Below are positions 46,011 through 63,130 of a stretch of DNA of 64,000 nucleotides, piece after piece; within the stretch, counting starts at the first letter, position 1; each line of letters opens with the position of its first letter. This DNA comes from the human T2T-CHM13v2.0 reference genome, Homo sapiens. Made by a program: the position numbers and the translations under genes. The notes beneath the pieces are model-generated. The model had not been told where the DNA came from and searched no databases. It worked only from the letters and a program-made list of their open reading frames with translations. The DNA is taken from NCBI RefSeq assembly GCF_009914755.1, contig NC_060940.1. One strand, given 5' to 3'.

Positions 46011-46839
46011 GATAAATGTGAATTAAATTTTCATGTTAGTTCCGAAAATTTTATCCCACTGGGATGAAGGCAACTTTTTCATCGAAATGTGGGCCACATT
46101 TAATTCCTGCATGTAAATGTTGGTATCCAGAGAAAAACAAATTAAGATAACAATGAGATGCGATCTTTACAACTTGAATTGGCAAAGATTAACAAGTTGC
46201 TAATAGCCATTTTGGTACTACTGTGAGTAAAACAAAAAAAATCATATATTAATGGTTGGAGTGCAAACTGGAATAATCTTTGAAGAGCTGCTTTTACGAA
46301 AAGATATACAGCTTTTATCAGCAATGCTTTTTTAATGAATTAACTCCATAGCAAAAATATTTTCAATTGGTTTGAAAATAGCTACGCCAATACACAAAAG
46401 TATGCTTGTGGAAAGTCTTGGATGACAGCAACAACAAGCGTTGTTTGTAATAACGAAGTCCTACCCTGATCTAATGCATACTAGTAGTGAGCTGATTATA
46501 AAATTGCTGTCTAGTTATGCATTTGCCTGACATTTGAAGAAAGGACAATTATACCTTTTAAATTAATACCATTGTTTAAATGAAAAGAAAACAGCTACTT
46601 AATGAAGATTTAGCCCTAACATCGCTGCTATAGTTAATTCTTCGCAATGATTCACCCTAGAGTGGTCAGGTCACCTCTCTTGTGCTTTGATTACACCTTC
46701 CATATGGATTACGGATCATATGCAAAACATTTAATTACTGAGCTACAGCATTAATCACTTGGCTGAATGTATTTCACCTTTTCTCCTTCCTGCAATGTTT
46801 AAGCCAAGTTAACTGATAGCAGTGCGTTAAAAACAGGTA

Positions 46840-47110
46840 GTACTATACAGCAGTAGGAGAATGTAGCCTCCAGCACAGAGATCCCGGGGGCAATTCTGGA
46901 GCTATCATTTATTAGCTCTGTTGCCCTCGGGCAAATCACTTACTAGCTCAGGTGAGTCTGTATCTTCTTTTGTAACATGGTCATAATAAACACAGTTTCT
47001 CATATCTAGCCTGATTATCGTGAATTGTCCACACAGTATATATAAGCCCTGAAGCCCTGGACACAAATGTGTAAACATTGTTCTTATGGAACTGCTGATT
47101 ATTATTATTA
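46840..47110 (+). mobile_element. MIR
   Basis: tattagctctgttgccctcgggcaaatcactt..tgtaacatgg. Confidence 0.55.
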
Positions 47111-47574
47111 ATCTCCATTTTCTTGTTTCTGTGCGATCAGGTTTTTACCCATGCAAAGTGGTTGTCTAAGACTATATAGATGTGTAGAGAGAGGCAGAGT
47201 AGGTTATTTGGAAAAAGAAAGTGGTGGAGTGAGGTTTTGTTGTTGTTATTGTTGTTAATTATTTTATTTCATAGGGAGAAGGAGGGCACTCTCCGTGTAC
47301 CTTCGTAAAGAATAGTACATACTCTTTATTTTGACAGTGTAGGGTAAACCTGTAAGAGTCAAGAAAATAACAGATTTGATACTACCCTTTAGTGGCTATC
47401 TTGCATGTTAATGTATATCCTTTCATTTCTGTCTGAGTTCAGCAGTTAGACTCAGCTCGTGGGTTCCTGCAGCTCAATTTCTAAAATCTACGTAAGAAGT
47501 AAAATGCTGCTAAGTTTACCTGCACTTTTAGTGTACATTCAGATCAGAGTCTTCTCAGTTATAGATGTATAGGG

Positions 47575-47575
<1 letters not shown>

Positions 47576-47608
<33 letters not shown>

Positions 47609-47846
47609 TTATGTCCTTAAATTAAGCGCTATTGGAGCATGGCCCTGCATATTTGTTTCTGTATTGCCTGTGGTCATTTTTGTGCTAAAAGGGAAGAATT
47701 GAGGAGTTGCAACAGAGACCATGTGGTCCAAAATATTTACTATATGGCTCTTTGCAGGACAAAAGAAATGCTAACTGTTGATTTAGGCTACAGTTTACTT
47801 TAAGTCACTGTTACATCAATGAAAAACTTGGAAACTAAATACATTT

Positions 47847-47880
<34 letters not shown>
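47576..47880. repeat. Two (TG)n tracts flanking a MER58 fragment
   Basis: (TG)n 47576-47605 and 47846-47880; agttgcaacagagacc..aaaatatttacta between them. Confidence 0.8.
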
Positions 47881-47922
47881 TCTTTAAACTTTTAAGCTAA
47901 TCCTTAGTTTAACCAAAAAGAA

Positions 47923-48220
47923 AGACTGGGTGTCGTGGCTCATGCCTGTAATCCTAGCATATTGAGAGGCTGAGGTGGGTGGATCACTTGAGGTCACGAG
48001 TTTGAGACCAGCCTGGTCAACATGGTGAAACCCCATCTCTACTAAAAATATGAAAATTAGCCAGGTGTGGTGGTGGGCACCTGTAATCCCAGCTACTTGG
48101 GAGGCTGAGGCAGAAGAATCGCTTGAACCCGGGAGGCAGAGGTTGCAAGTGAGCTGAGGTTGCACCACTGCACTCCAGCCTGGGCGACAGATTAAAACTC
48201 TATCTCAAAAAAAAAAAAAA
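47923..48220 (+). mobile_element. Alu (AluSx/Sz-like)
   Basis: Full dimer plus poly-A. Confidence 0.92.
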
Positions 48221-48299
48221 GGATTAAGGATTAAAAAAAATTGAAATCATCCATGGTTATAATATTCTTGACTGCATCTTAACATCATTGGTTTGTTTT

Positions 48300-48520
48300 T
48301 CAAATATTGTTAAATGCTTACTATATTCCAGTTATGGTGCGAGGTACTTTCCCATATGTTATTTAGTTTTAGAATCCTCTCAGCCACCACCTGAAGTAGT
48401 TGCTATTAAACCCATTTTAGAGGTGAGGAAACAGATGTTCAGGAGGATTTAAATAACTTGCCACGTTTCTTGAAACTTCCCAGAGCCAGAATTCAACCTT
48501 AGATATGTATGAATTCAATC
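48300..48520 (-). mobile_element. MIR
   Basis: cccattttagaggtgaggaaacaga..taacttgcc. Confidence 0.7.
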
Positions 48521-48942
48521 TGATGCTTGCTGGGTTAAGACCATTGGAGACACCCTCTCTCCTCTGTCCTTTTGACAATTCCATGGGCAGAATATCACAG
48601 GAATGGCAAATAGAGGGATAAAGAATGTATGTGACATGCACCCAAAGAGTCTCCAGGCCCCTTTTCATCCTTTCAATCATGTTTCTAAGGTATTTTGAAC
48701 TAGGCGAGGCTCTCTTAGTTCGAATAATAGCATGCTGTTCAATGTGGACATTAATAGTCAGAATCTGGTAGTGCAGCTACAGAAGAAGCAAAGAAAAAAA
48801 TGAAATCCTCTCATTGATTTCTAGTCAGAGAGGTGCAGAAACCCTAAGAGTCCTTATGTGAGAATAAGTGTTTTCTCTCTGTGTCAATCTTAATATAACT
48901 AAATGCAGCAGATTTAATCCTTTCTATAATTTAATAATTTGT

Positions 48943-49251
48943 ATTAATTACACTTAATGAAATATAAATTAATTACATTTAATGAAATATAATAAAGTTT
49001 ATTTAATATATTAATTACGTGTAATGTAACATATGGGATTTTATTTAATATACTAACCATTTAATGTAATATAATAAAATTTACTTAATATATGAATTAC
49101 AGTTAGTGTAATATAATAAAGTTTACTTAATATATTAGTTACAGTTAATGTAATATAAAGTTTACTTAATATATTAATTGCAGTTAATGTAATATAATAA
49201 AGTTTTCTTAATATATTAATTACAGTTAATGTAATATAAAGCTTACTTAAT
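48943..49251. repeat. AT-rich minisatellite, 39/42-bp unit, ~7 copies
   Basis: Unit attacagttaatgtaatat(aat)aaagtttacttaatatatta. Confidence 0.9.
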
Positions 49252-50734
49252 CCATATTTAATAAATTGAATTCCATTAATATGTATTATGTGGGTTAACA
49301 TACATACAGTGTTGTAACAACACCAGGACCTTAGTTTACATTAAAATAGTGCTTATTTTTATAGTATTGTTATTTTAATAATTATTTATGTTACTGTTAA
49401 ATAAGTTGACATATATTTATGTCCAGGCAAGGTGACTTTATAGTAGCTGGGTTTTCCAAAGTGCCATATTTATATCCCCTAGAAGTATACTATGCTGAGA
49501 CAGGAGTTCTTAGCTGTAGAATAAAGAGAGCTGGTTTTGTAGAACATTAATTTTGCTCCAAGCTTTTGGAGGAAAAATGTTGTTTCCTATTAAAAGGAAA
49601 CAAATATACAGGAAATAGACAGCTAATGTGCATGCAGTTTTTAAGAGAAAGCCCGAGACTGCAGTCATCCTGTGTGATATGCCACTGGACTCTTCCATCT
49701 ATGGCTCTGGAGCCCCTAAGGGTAAGGATTAGACCTCATCTGCCATTAGCTAGCGGTACTTAAGTGGGAAATTTTGCAAAGCAGTAAATTATAACACTAC
49801 TCAAAAGTGGTTTCTATTTTTGTAATATTATGATGTAAAGTTACTGAGTTTGATAATGCAATCTACATCCCTTTGTTGAAACTGTAGAATATGGCCAATA
49901 AAGGGTTAATGGGAAAATCCCAGAATCTGCTTTCTTTTTAATGTTTCTAATGGTCATCTTAGCACCAGAGCCTCTTTGAGAGTTAAGAGAAAGAAATTAC
50001 CAGAGAAGGAGAGTCTGTGTCTCCTGGGAGATGGATGGTTTGGGGGAATACGGAGTGGGGATGGTGATTTTTCTCTGCACAGAAATACTTTCTTGAAGTC
50101 AGCCCTTTACTGTGCAATGTGGGATAGAATTCTAACACCTCCAGTATAATGGCAGGAGGAGGAATGGTTAGGAACATTGGAGAGCTATTTGGCCTATGTC
50201 TCTTTGTTATGAAGGGCCCACAGTTTACGTTTTTGACTTTTTCACCAAATAAAGGCTTATAGCAGGTTACCCAGATATGTTGGCAGAATGGCAAGGCTAC
50301 ATTCATCATAGAACTTTAAGCTTGTGCCCCACTGCTGGGCCATACTGCCTGTCAGGCCCAAATTAATATCTTTTATAAGCCCCGCAACGATGTTGTAAAG
50401 AATACAATTATAGCTTAGGACATTGCCATCTGTGGTGGGACATTTCAAACAGAATTAAGTCTAGAGATTATGAGTGATGCATCATTGTCACTCAAACTGA
50501 AATTGGTATAGCACCTTCTGTTTTATTCAAAATTCTAAAGGGAAATTATTCTGCCACAAAAATTCTCATCTGTTAAGTAGCCCTTAAATGACTTTTTTTT
50601 TTTGCCTTTGCAAAAACAAATAAAACCATTTTATTTGTGTGTGCGTTAGAACATTGAAATGTTGAGCCTAGATTTTTAAATATGTCGTGATTTTTGCTTC
50701 TCTTGCTCAGTCCTCTTTTCTACTTCTTTCTGCC

Positions 50735-50960
50735 TTTTTTATTTCTAATTTTATTTTATTATTTTTTAGTCTTTTATTTTAAGTTCAGTGGTACATATGC
50801 AGGTTTGTAACATAGGTAAACTTGTGTCATGGGGGTTCATTGTACAGATTATTTCATCACCCAGGTATTAAGCCTAGTACCTACCCACTAGTTATTTTTC
50901 TTCATCCTCTCCCTCCTTCCACCCTCCACCCTCAGATAGGGCCCATTGTGTGTTGTTTCC
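50735..50960 (-). mobile_element. Old L1PA (PA13-like) 3' end
   Basis: ggtacatatgcaggtttg..tatttcatcacccaggtattaagcctagtacc. Confidence 0.85.
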
Positions 50961-52479
50961 CTACCTTTTCTTAGGAACCAGAAGCCCCAGGCATTGAAAG
51001 TGGTCAAGGCATTTTTTTCTTTGACCCCTGGGAAGGTCTTTTCTTAGTACACAAGCAACAAGAACTTCAGACAGAGAGTATATGATGCTGCATTACAACC
51101 TGAACCATTGGAGTTCTGTCAAAAGAATATTGAAGAGATCCTGGTAGAAAAGAAAATAGAGTCAAGAAAAAAGAAAGTGCAGAGTAAAATATAGAGAAGT
51201 AGAGGGAAAATAATGTAATGCTGCCAAACCTAATAAGAGTACTGAAATTGTTGCCTCTCACAAGCCAGTGACTTTCTCAAGTTACAACCAAGGTATGGGA
51301 TTCAAATGATCCCACTGACAATCCCTCTGGAAAGTCTCCATTTGAAGCCTACCCTATCATTTCTTTAAGAGACCCACATAGACAAGTTTTCTCCAGGTCT
51401 GAGCTGGATTTCCTTCGTTGATTGAGCACCAGATGAGGAATTGGCGTGATTTTAAGGGCCACGTGCACTATGCGAAAAAGAGTTAGCTTTGAAAACAAGA
51501 CAAATACGGGGTGAGACGAGATGCAAATGCTCGGAGGTATCTCAGCACTCAAGAACAAATGCATGTTCACATCTCCTGTGTTAGGCTTGCTCACTGCTTT
51601 GATAGCCGGTGGAATCACTGGCAACGTTCACATTTTTTCCTCCTCCTGTTTTCTTACCTCCTCATGTTTTAGTTGAATGCATGTAACTTGAGTAAGATTA
51701 AAAAGTGATTCTCAGAATCGGAACTTTGAGCTTCCTGCAAAAGGAATATTTAAGCATCTCTGTATCCCAGAGTACCATCTTATCTCACGGGCTCACTAAG
51801 TGGGAGTTAGGAATCCTACAGTTCCCTTCAAGACCTATAGGGCAGTAGATTTGAACCTTACAATCCTATATTGTATTTCATGTTGACCGATCTGTAAGCA
51901 GGTAAAGAACTGCCATCTTACTGGTGATAAAGAGTTTATGATGTTAACTGAGCTCTCATTCTAGACAACAAAGTAATCCAGTGTCCTATTCAAACTTAAT
52001 TCATAGTTATCAAACAGTCATTAAGTATCTACTTTGTGCCTGATAGACATTTCTTTAACCAGAATGCTTTGCCACTGTATCCTCATTCATTTAAAATAGA
52101 GTATATAGAAACCAGATTTAGATACTGCCTCTAGTTGAAATTCCTGCATCCAGGTAGGGCTGGCTGTTTGTCTTAGAGAATATGTCCCTTTATGTCGTGT
52201 CTGGATAGGTGGAAGGTGAGTAGGTTTAACAAGTAACATTTGATCCAGGCATTTTTACAGTAACAGTTTGTTATTGCTGGAATTTGACCATCTCAATTCA
52301 TTTTCGTAGGTATAAACTAGTCATGGATATTAAATGTGTGACTATATTGATATATGAAAGCTTACTGATGGCACAGTTTTATCATCAGTGCCTTTATTCA
52401 AATGAGTTTTAAAAGTTGATTAGCAACTGCATTCTCCTATGTTGGCTTGGACATGAATAGTGCAAATATGTCGGTCTTT

Positions 52480-53500
52480 CTATTCTTCCAAGATGACCTT
52501 CAGCTCTCTATGTGCATGAATTCCAGTTGGCCTTTAGCCACTCCTCCAAGTAGAACACATATCTATCCAGTTGCCTCTTGTGTAACTCTTTCTGGAGCTT
52601 CCATAGCCCCTACCCAACTTGATGTGGTCAAAATGAGCCTCTTATCTTTCCCAGGTATTTGTCTGATGCCCCTGAACCTGGTCATCGATACCACCATTTA
52701 GTCAATAACTTGTAACAGTGATCTAGGAGTTGGCCTTGACTTTTTGGCTTCTTTTACACTTGTTTTTATTCTTTTTTTAACACCTCCAGTTATACATGTC
52801 TTCTAGTGTTTCTTTCAGTGAGTCTTGTCAATTCTATTTATCAAATATTTACCAAATCCTCTTTTCCATTATACCGTTACTGCTGTGTCTTTGTGCAAAC
52901 CCTCATCATCTTTTAGGCTAAGATACAATAAAATAATCTTCCAGAGGCTCTTCCTGCTTCCAGTGTTCCTTTCTGCACACACGAGGGTAGCCTTCCTAGC
53001 AATGACTGTTCCATTTTCTTATAGAGGAATTAAATCTAAATTTCTTGGCATGACACATGGGCCCCTTTATCATCTTACCTGTGCCCCCTTTCCCTGCCTG
53101 GTCTTCAGACATCAACCCTTTCCATCAGTTCACCCAGTCACATCTCTGCACCTTTGCATAAGCTGTTTCCTATGGTTTGAATGCCTTTCTCCCCTGACTA
53201 TCGAACAACCTGCTATGCATCCTTGGAGATCCAACTCAAGCATCATCACCTTTTGAATTCTCTGAAAGATGCCCTTTGCCTTTAGTTAGAACAAGAGGCA
53301 TCCTCTACCAAGTAGATGCATAGCACAATTTATTCCATTCTGTCATCTAGTACGATAATTATACTACTAGTTTCTATTATAATACTTGTTTGTTATTTTC
53401 CTTCTCCAGTAAACGTATTCTACTTTGCATTCTCCAGGCCTAAAAGAGTTCTGGAATGCAATGGGCATTCATGTAAGTAATGTTAAAAGAATGACTCCAT
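52480..53500 (+). mobile_element. L2 relic
   Basis: aatctaaatttcttggcatgac..tttgcataagctgtttcc..ccaactcaagcatca; boundaries approximate. Confidence 0.55.
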
Positions 53501-54585
53501 CAATTATATTTCTGTGACATTCTCAGGTAGGAAGATATCTTTATGCTTATAATTGGAAAAAAAAAAAAAAACCTCTAGTGGCAGAGAATTTGTATTTCTG
53601 TTAGCTCTCAGTATTGGGATTGTATTTCTGACAGGCTGGCCCACCAGCTATGCTTCATGAAAGACCATGAGCCACAGGGAAGAGGTTTATTCATCTCAGC
53701 ATTGGGGTATTTTGCTTTTCTTCAAGGCAAAGGGATCTGGAGACTCCTTTGCAGGCTGGCCATGTCTTGTGCAATCCCAGCTGTGTCTGGAGATTCTAGC
53801 AGGGATGCAGAGTGTGGTTGGGACTTCACAGGAAGTCGACTTGCATCAGAAGCACATAGGGAAAGGGAAGGGAAATAGAATGAAGGAAGAAAGCTTTCAG
53901 CAGCCAAGGCAACAACTTCCCCCGTCTCTGTCTGGCTCTGGGGCCAAACAGACTCCTGATTTCTCTTTATCTCCTTGTCTCTCCACCTCTATTCCTCTGA
54001 GTTCTTTTCCCATCACCCCCCATTCTTTCTCTATATACTGTTTCGCTGACTAGTCATCAGACTCTACCGACAAATTTACCTGATCTTCCCAGCCTTGCCC
54101 TTGAGCTTAACCATTCCATCCACTTCTCAATTCCACATTTCTTGGAGAGAATCTGATTTGACCAGGTAGGGGCATGTGTCTGACCCAGGTCCCTGGACAA
54201 GGGACCGATGAAGGCCAGGCTGTGAGAGAAGCAGTGTCTCTAAGAAACCCTGCAGCGTTAGGGAGAAATGATTGGTATCTCTATGGTACACGTGGTGGAG
54301 ATGCTGGCTGCACATCCCAAGAGCCATCCCTAGAAGATGGCTTCCTTCCCATCCTGTAAACCCTGAGTCAGGGATGCCCCCAAGCATGTGAGATGTTGAC
54401 CCTATTTCTGCACTTGGCCCAAGTCAAATCCAGTCATTGCTATTGGGGGTCTTGTTGCATCCTGTTGTTTCCTTTGGGAGGTGACATACTGCTGACATCT
54501 GTGGAGTGAAGGGATTTGGGGAAAGTGTGAGTCATCATCTCTCTGATGACATTTTATTCTCTTATTCTCCAAACTCTGCCCAGCT

Positions 54586-54900
54586 TCTTTCTTTTTTCTT
54601 TCTTTCTTTTTTTTTTTTCAATGGAATCTCACTTTGTTGCCCAGGCTGGAGTGCAGTGGCGCAATCTTGGCTCACTGCAACCTCCGCCTCCCGGTTCAAG
54701 TGATTCTCCTGTCTCAGCCTCCTGAGTAGTTGGGATTACAGGCGTGCGCCACCATGCCCAGCTGTTTTTTTTGTGTTTTTAGTAGAGATGGGGTTTTACC
54801 GTGTTGTCCAGGCTGGTCTCGAACTCCCAACCTTATTTGATCCACCCACCTCGGCCTCCCAAAGTGCTGGGATTATAGGCGTAAACCACTGTGCCCGGCC
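54586..54900 (-). mobile_element. Alu (AluSx-like)
   Basis: Reverse dimer. Confidence 0.92.
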
Positions 54901-55569
54901 CAGTTTCTTATTTAGGACCCTCAAGGAAGAATTGTTGTAAGGAAGATAGCATGATCATATAGGGATATCTCCAGGTGAAACTCTTCCACCTTTACAAGAT
55001 GTATGCTGGTATAACAGAGAGGAACACCCATGATTACCTATGTACCTCTCCCTATGTACCCCTAGTCTTCTGCCCGGGGACCCCAGGATGCCCTGCAACA
55101 CATGGAAATAAAATTTCCCTCCTGACTCTTGGCTCTCACAGCTCTTATCCTGAATCTTTGTTTTCTAGCCCTGCCTACTTATCTATTTTGTTTTCTGGTG
55201 ATTAGTGAACATGGATCACCCTCCGAGGCTTTTTGTTGGCAGGGTACATGTCTGTCTCATTTTTGTAGTTCTGTAGTACAAATCAGACAGCAAGTGCTCA
55301 ATTAATCCTTGAACGAAACAAAAGAAAGGAGTCAGTTCATGCAATAATGGATGCTGACAACCCTAGCATCTTATCGAAGGTATGTATCTCCACTGACTCA
55401 CCCCCATTTCATCACAAGGCTATTTCCCACCCAACAGTTGCAAAAATCTGTCATCTCCTTGTTTCTTATCTGTCTCCCTCACTAGAACATAAGCTACATG
55501 AGGGCTCTTGTTTTGTTAATCCTGTTGACAAAAAACATAGCTTCTGTTATTTTTATTTGGTTGGTCTTT

Positions 55570-56110
55570 ATTGAAGAAATAAAGACCAACCAAATAAAAA
55601 TAAACAGAGGCTATTTATTCAGAGCTTGCTATAGCAAGGAGTCAGACATCCTCACTTGCATTTTGCCAGAAACTCAAAGGCAGGCAGAGGAGTAGGAAAA
55701 TTTTATAGTAGATAAATAAAGGGACAGCTTCAGATATGGCCTGGCTAGAGGCTGTTTGCGTGGGGAAGCTGCAGATGGGCTAAGTAGAAAGGGGTGTTCC
55801 TTGTGATCGGTTAAGGTGCACACTTGGCTTTCTCTGATTGGTCCGAAGTTGGAGGTGTGGACAAAAATTAGGAAAGCTGTCAGTTACGAATCTAGTCCTG
55901 ATTGTTTCTGAGCCAGTGGATTTTTGTTTGGCTTCCTGGACCAGTTACTAGAGATAGTAATCTGACTTCCTTGAATCGTGACTTGTGGATAGCAGGCTGG
56001 CTTCCTGTAGACAATAAGCTGGTTTCCTGGGCTGGTTACTGCAAACTGTGGGTCAGATTTCTCTTTTTCTATATGGTCTTGCCAGTGTCCATTTGTGTAT
56101 GCAGTCTATC
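55570..56110 (-). mobile_element. ERV-class solo LTR, family not confidently assigned
   Basis: gagcttgctatagcaagg..ctcaaaggcaggcagaggagt LTR-like sequence; minus-strand AATAAA and CCAAT-like boxes. Confidence 0.55.
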
Positions 56111-58330
56111 CTTGATGGGAGGGAAAATTAAAAAGGAAGGAAAGAAGGGAGGGAAAAGGATGGGGACATCATAGTACTATTATCCAGTTTTTATTATCCA
56201 GATTCTATTTCGAACACTTTAATCCCATTTCGATGTGAGGGAATAGTAATTCATCCCAGAGCGGACATGGCATCTGTTTTCAGGACCCTTTAATCATATC
56301 CCGTGGTCCAAAGCTATAACACAGTGAAGAGGAAAAAGACTCTTTTCCTGTCAGTCGCCCAAACGGGAGCCAAAGGCTTTTGAGGAGGCACTTAAAGAAT
56401 TTTCACTTTGCAATTGTGCAGAAGCTGTTGTTCAGGTAATTTAACATTGATTTTAGTTTAAAAGGCAATTAAGACAAAATGGGCAGCCACCAGCCACTTA
56501 TGTTAAATAAGCTTAGATTTAAATTGCTCCTCATCACCACCTTTGTTTTCTATGTCTGGGCTGTTCTATGCTACTTTAGCATGGGATGGTGTGGTGCCCC
56601 AAGTGGGGCAGGTGGATAGGCGAGGGAACCCAGCCAGGGAAACGGTTATTGAAAGAGAAAGAAGTTGGCCAAAAATTGTTCTCAGTGGTGAGATGAGTTC
56701 CCTTTCATACTGCTGCTGGGAATATGGATTCATGTAAGCTTCTAGAATTCTGGTTCCTTAGATCTAAAAACTTAAATACGGTGCCCACTTTTTTGACTCA
56801 TCGGTTTCACTTTTAGGTATCTACCCTGAGATAAGGCACAGAGAAAAATATCATAACATCAGGAAGTGATGTTCACTGCAGTGTTATTTAACATAAAGAG
56901 AAAGTGTGTAGCATTAGAGTGGAATACATAAACTGACCTTGTACATTTTTTGTCCTTACAGCACAAAGTGTTCATGATACATTGCAAAGTGCAAAAGATG
57001 AAGGCAGCTTATACAGTAACATCCCAATTGTGTGCTTATAATGTTTTAGTTCTATATGCAGTAGAAAATGTCTGAAGTGGATAGACTTCCAACAAAATAG
57101 TACTTGGAGCTCTCTTTGGGTGGTGAAATAATGTTAGCTTTTCTGGTGCTTTTTGAAATTTCCTAAACTTTCCACAATAAACACTCATAGGTTTTATAAT
57201 TATAAAACACATTGAAAACAATGTTGGTTGTAATACTATTAGAAGAATATTCCTGTCAGCAGTGTGCTTGATTCCTGCCATCTCAAGGATGAGGCTATAT
57301 GTGCATGCTAAGTTATAAGGAGATGGAATGGATATTCGGTTGCAATAATTCTGTTTCTTGCTTAAAGGAAGTCTGCTACGCTTCAGGAATGAGGGTCATT
57401 CACCTGGTCTTTGTTTAAATTTGTAAGGTGAACCATTTTGTAGACAATGCTTGGAAAATATGCCCAGGTGATTCATGCATTTGTCTATTAGAAAACGTGG
57501 TCACTTACCAGCAACCAATATAGAGCTAATGGGATTCATTTAGAAATGTAACCACAAGTCCACTATAAATCGTATGTTCTCCCATCTCAATATGCTCCAT
57601 TAAGCTCACCTTTCTTAATGTAACTGGATTATTAGGTGTCAGGACAAAGAAAATCAGTAGGTCCTAGTGTTCTAATCCTGCAAACTTTCAATGTGGTTGC
57701 TATGTAATTTTATTTTTTTAGGTGGAGCTTGCTTTGTGCTTTTCTACAGGAAAATATTTTCAAACTGGTAAAGAAGTAATATTACTGTATTGTGAGGAAT
57801 ATTTCAATAGGTCATTACCATAACTTCTAACAGAAAGGATAATCTACGTCGCATTTTACTTCAAGGATAAGATTGATTTTTATAAAAATCTTTAGTGCAT
57901 TGAGGCTTAACGTCTTTTTTTCCCCCTATGAAGAAGCAATTAGATGCTGGAGTTTTCCAGAAATGTTAGGTGGGCATAAACCAAACCTTGATGCTTTTCT
58001 TTTTGAAGGTTTTATCATCCAGCGTTTGAAGAGAACAGGCAGTTCCCAGGTGAAAAAAAATGTTATTGGTACAATGTCAGTCATCGACACTCACATGGCC
58101 AGGGACGCCACCCTTTTCTTATATTTACATCTGTTTGAAAAATAGAGAAATACAGGAAATGACAAAGAAGAAAATAATAAGCACCTATAATCTCACTAGC
58201 AAATACTACCCATTTTGTATGATTTCTTCCAGGGGTGTGTGTCTACAAATATCCGTAGAGACATACACATACACTTTAAAAAAATAGTAAATACACATCT
58301 TGTACACTTAAAGCAAGACCTATAGATGTA

Positions 58331-61072
<2,742 letters not shown>

Positions 61073-61123
61073 TGTGTGTGTGTGTTTGTGTGTAAGCGTG
61101 TATACAACTTTAAAAGTTTCATA

Positions 61124-61715
<592 letters not shown>

Positions 61716-61751
61716 CCTCTTACAGAAAAAAGTTCACCAATCACCAGTCTA

Positions 61752-62053
61752 GGCCAGGCACGGTGGCTCATGCCTGTAATCCCAGCACTTTGGGAGGCCG
61801 AGGCAGGCAGATCATTTGAGGTCAGGAGCTTGAGACCAGCCTGACCAACATGGTGAAACCCCATCTCTACTAAAAATACAAAAAATTAGTTGGGCATGGT
61901 GGCGGGTACCTATGATCTCAGCTACTCGGGAGGCTGAGGCACAAGAATTGCTTAAACCCAGGGGCAGAGGTTGCAGTGAGCTGAGATCGTGCCACTGCCC
62001 TCCAGGCTGGGAGACAGAGCAAGACTCCACCTCGAAAAAAAAAAAAAAAAAAA
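61752..62053 (+). mobile_element. Alu (AluSx-like)
   Basis: Full dimer; TSD aatcac(ca/tg)gtcta. Confidence 0.92.
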
Positions 62054-62289
62054 TCACTGGTCTAGAAAAATGGGACTGAAATTCACAATAGTGTCATCTC
62101 TAGGAAAAGAGGAAGGAGACTAGTTTTTACCTGAGTTTGAGAGCTCCTTTTCTTCTTTTAAGAGAACACTTATGTACTGGCTTTATGCTTTTAAAAGTGA
62201 TACACATGTACACACATATAACATATAGAGTATATATACATACACACTTTTCACTTAAAACAAGTTATATGTATACATGTTATATGCAT

Positions 62290-62600
62290 GTAAAGGGCCA
62301 GAGAGTAAACATTTTAGACTTCCTGGGCCACTTGGTCTCTCACAGACACTAAACTCCGCATTTGCAGATGAAGGCAGTCGTAGCAACCCATAAACAAATG
62401 GGCATAGCTATGTTTCAATAAAACCTCATTCATGGATGCTGAAATTTGAATTTCCTACATTTTTTACACATCACGAAATATTATTCTTCTTTTGACTTTT
62501 AAAAACTATTTAAAGTATCAAAACCATTTTTAACTAGCAGGCTGTACAGAAACAGAGAATGGCTGAGTTTGATTCTTGGGCTGTAGTTGGCTATCTTCTG
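62290..62600 (+). mobile_element. MER58B-like hAT fossil
   Basis: taaagggccagagagtaaa..gaaatttgaatttc..cacgaaatattattcttc..ctgtagtt. Confidence 0.8.
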
Positions 62601-62689
62601 TTTTGGACTGTTCCCAGTACATTCACAAATATTTATATATCTACGGAAAACCTATAATATTATATTAGTGCATTCTCTTTCAGAAATGG

Positions 62690-63130
62690 TGTCATAAGTG
62701 TAGAAGTCATTTAAAACTTGTATTTTTATCTCAGCAATTTATTTTTGCTGAGAAATATTTGTATATATATTTGTACCTTATAGTGTGTATTTTTATTTCT
62801 GTTCCTACATATTCATGTCTATATAGCAATGGAGGTATTCATATGTGGCTTTATTTGATTCTTTTCACTGCTATATGGTATTCCATCATATGATATGCCA
62901 TATTTTTAATGCTAGATGGGTATTTAGTCTGTTGCCTCCCCCCACAACCCCATCCTGTATCACAAGCAATAGCAATTATATCCAAACATATCCACAAATG
63001 TATCTTGTGCATGTTTTTTAGGACAGACATTAGAAGTAGAGCTGTTTGATAATAGGGTATGCACATTTTCCATTTTAATAGGTACTAGTAAATCAGCTTC
63101 CCGAGAGACAATATCAGTTTACAGTGCTCA
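62690..63130 (-). mobile_element. Ancient L1M relic
   Basis: ttcactgctatatggtattccat..gggtatgcacattttc. Confidence 0.55.
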
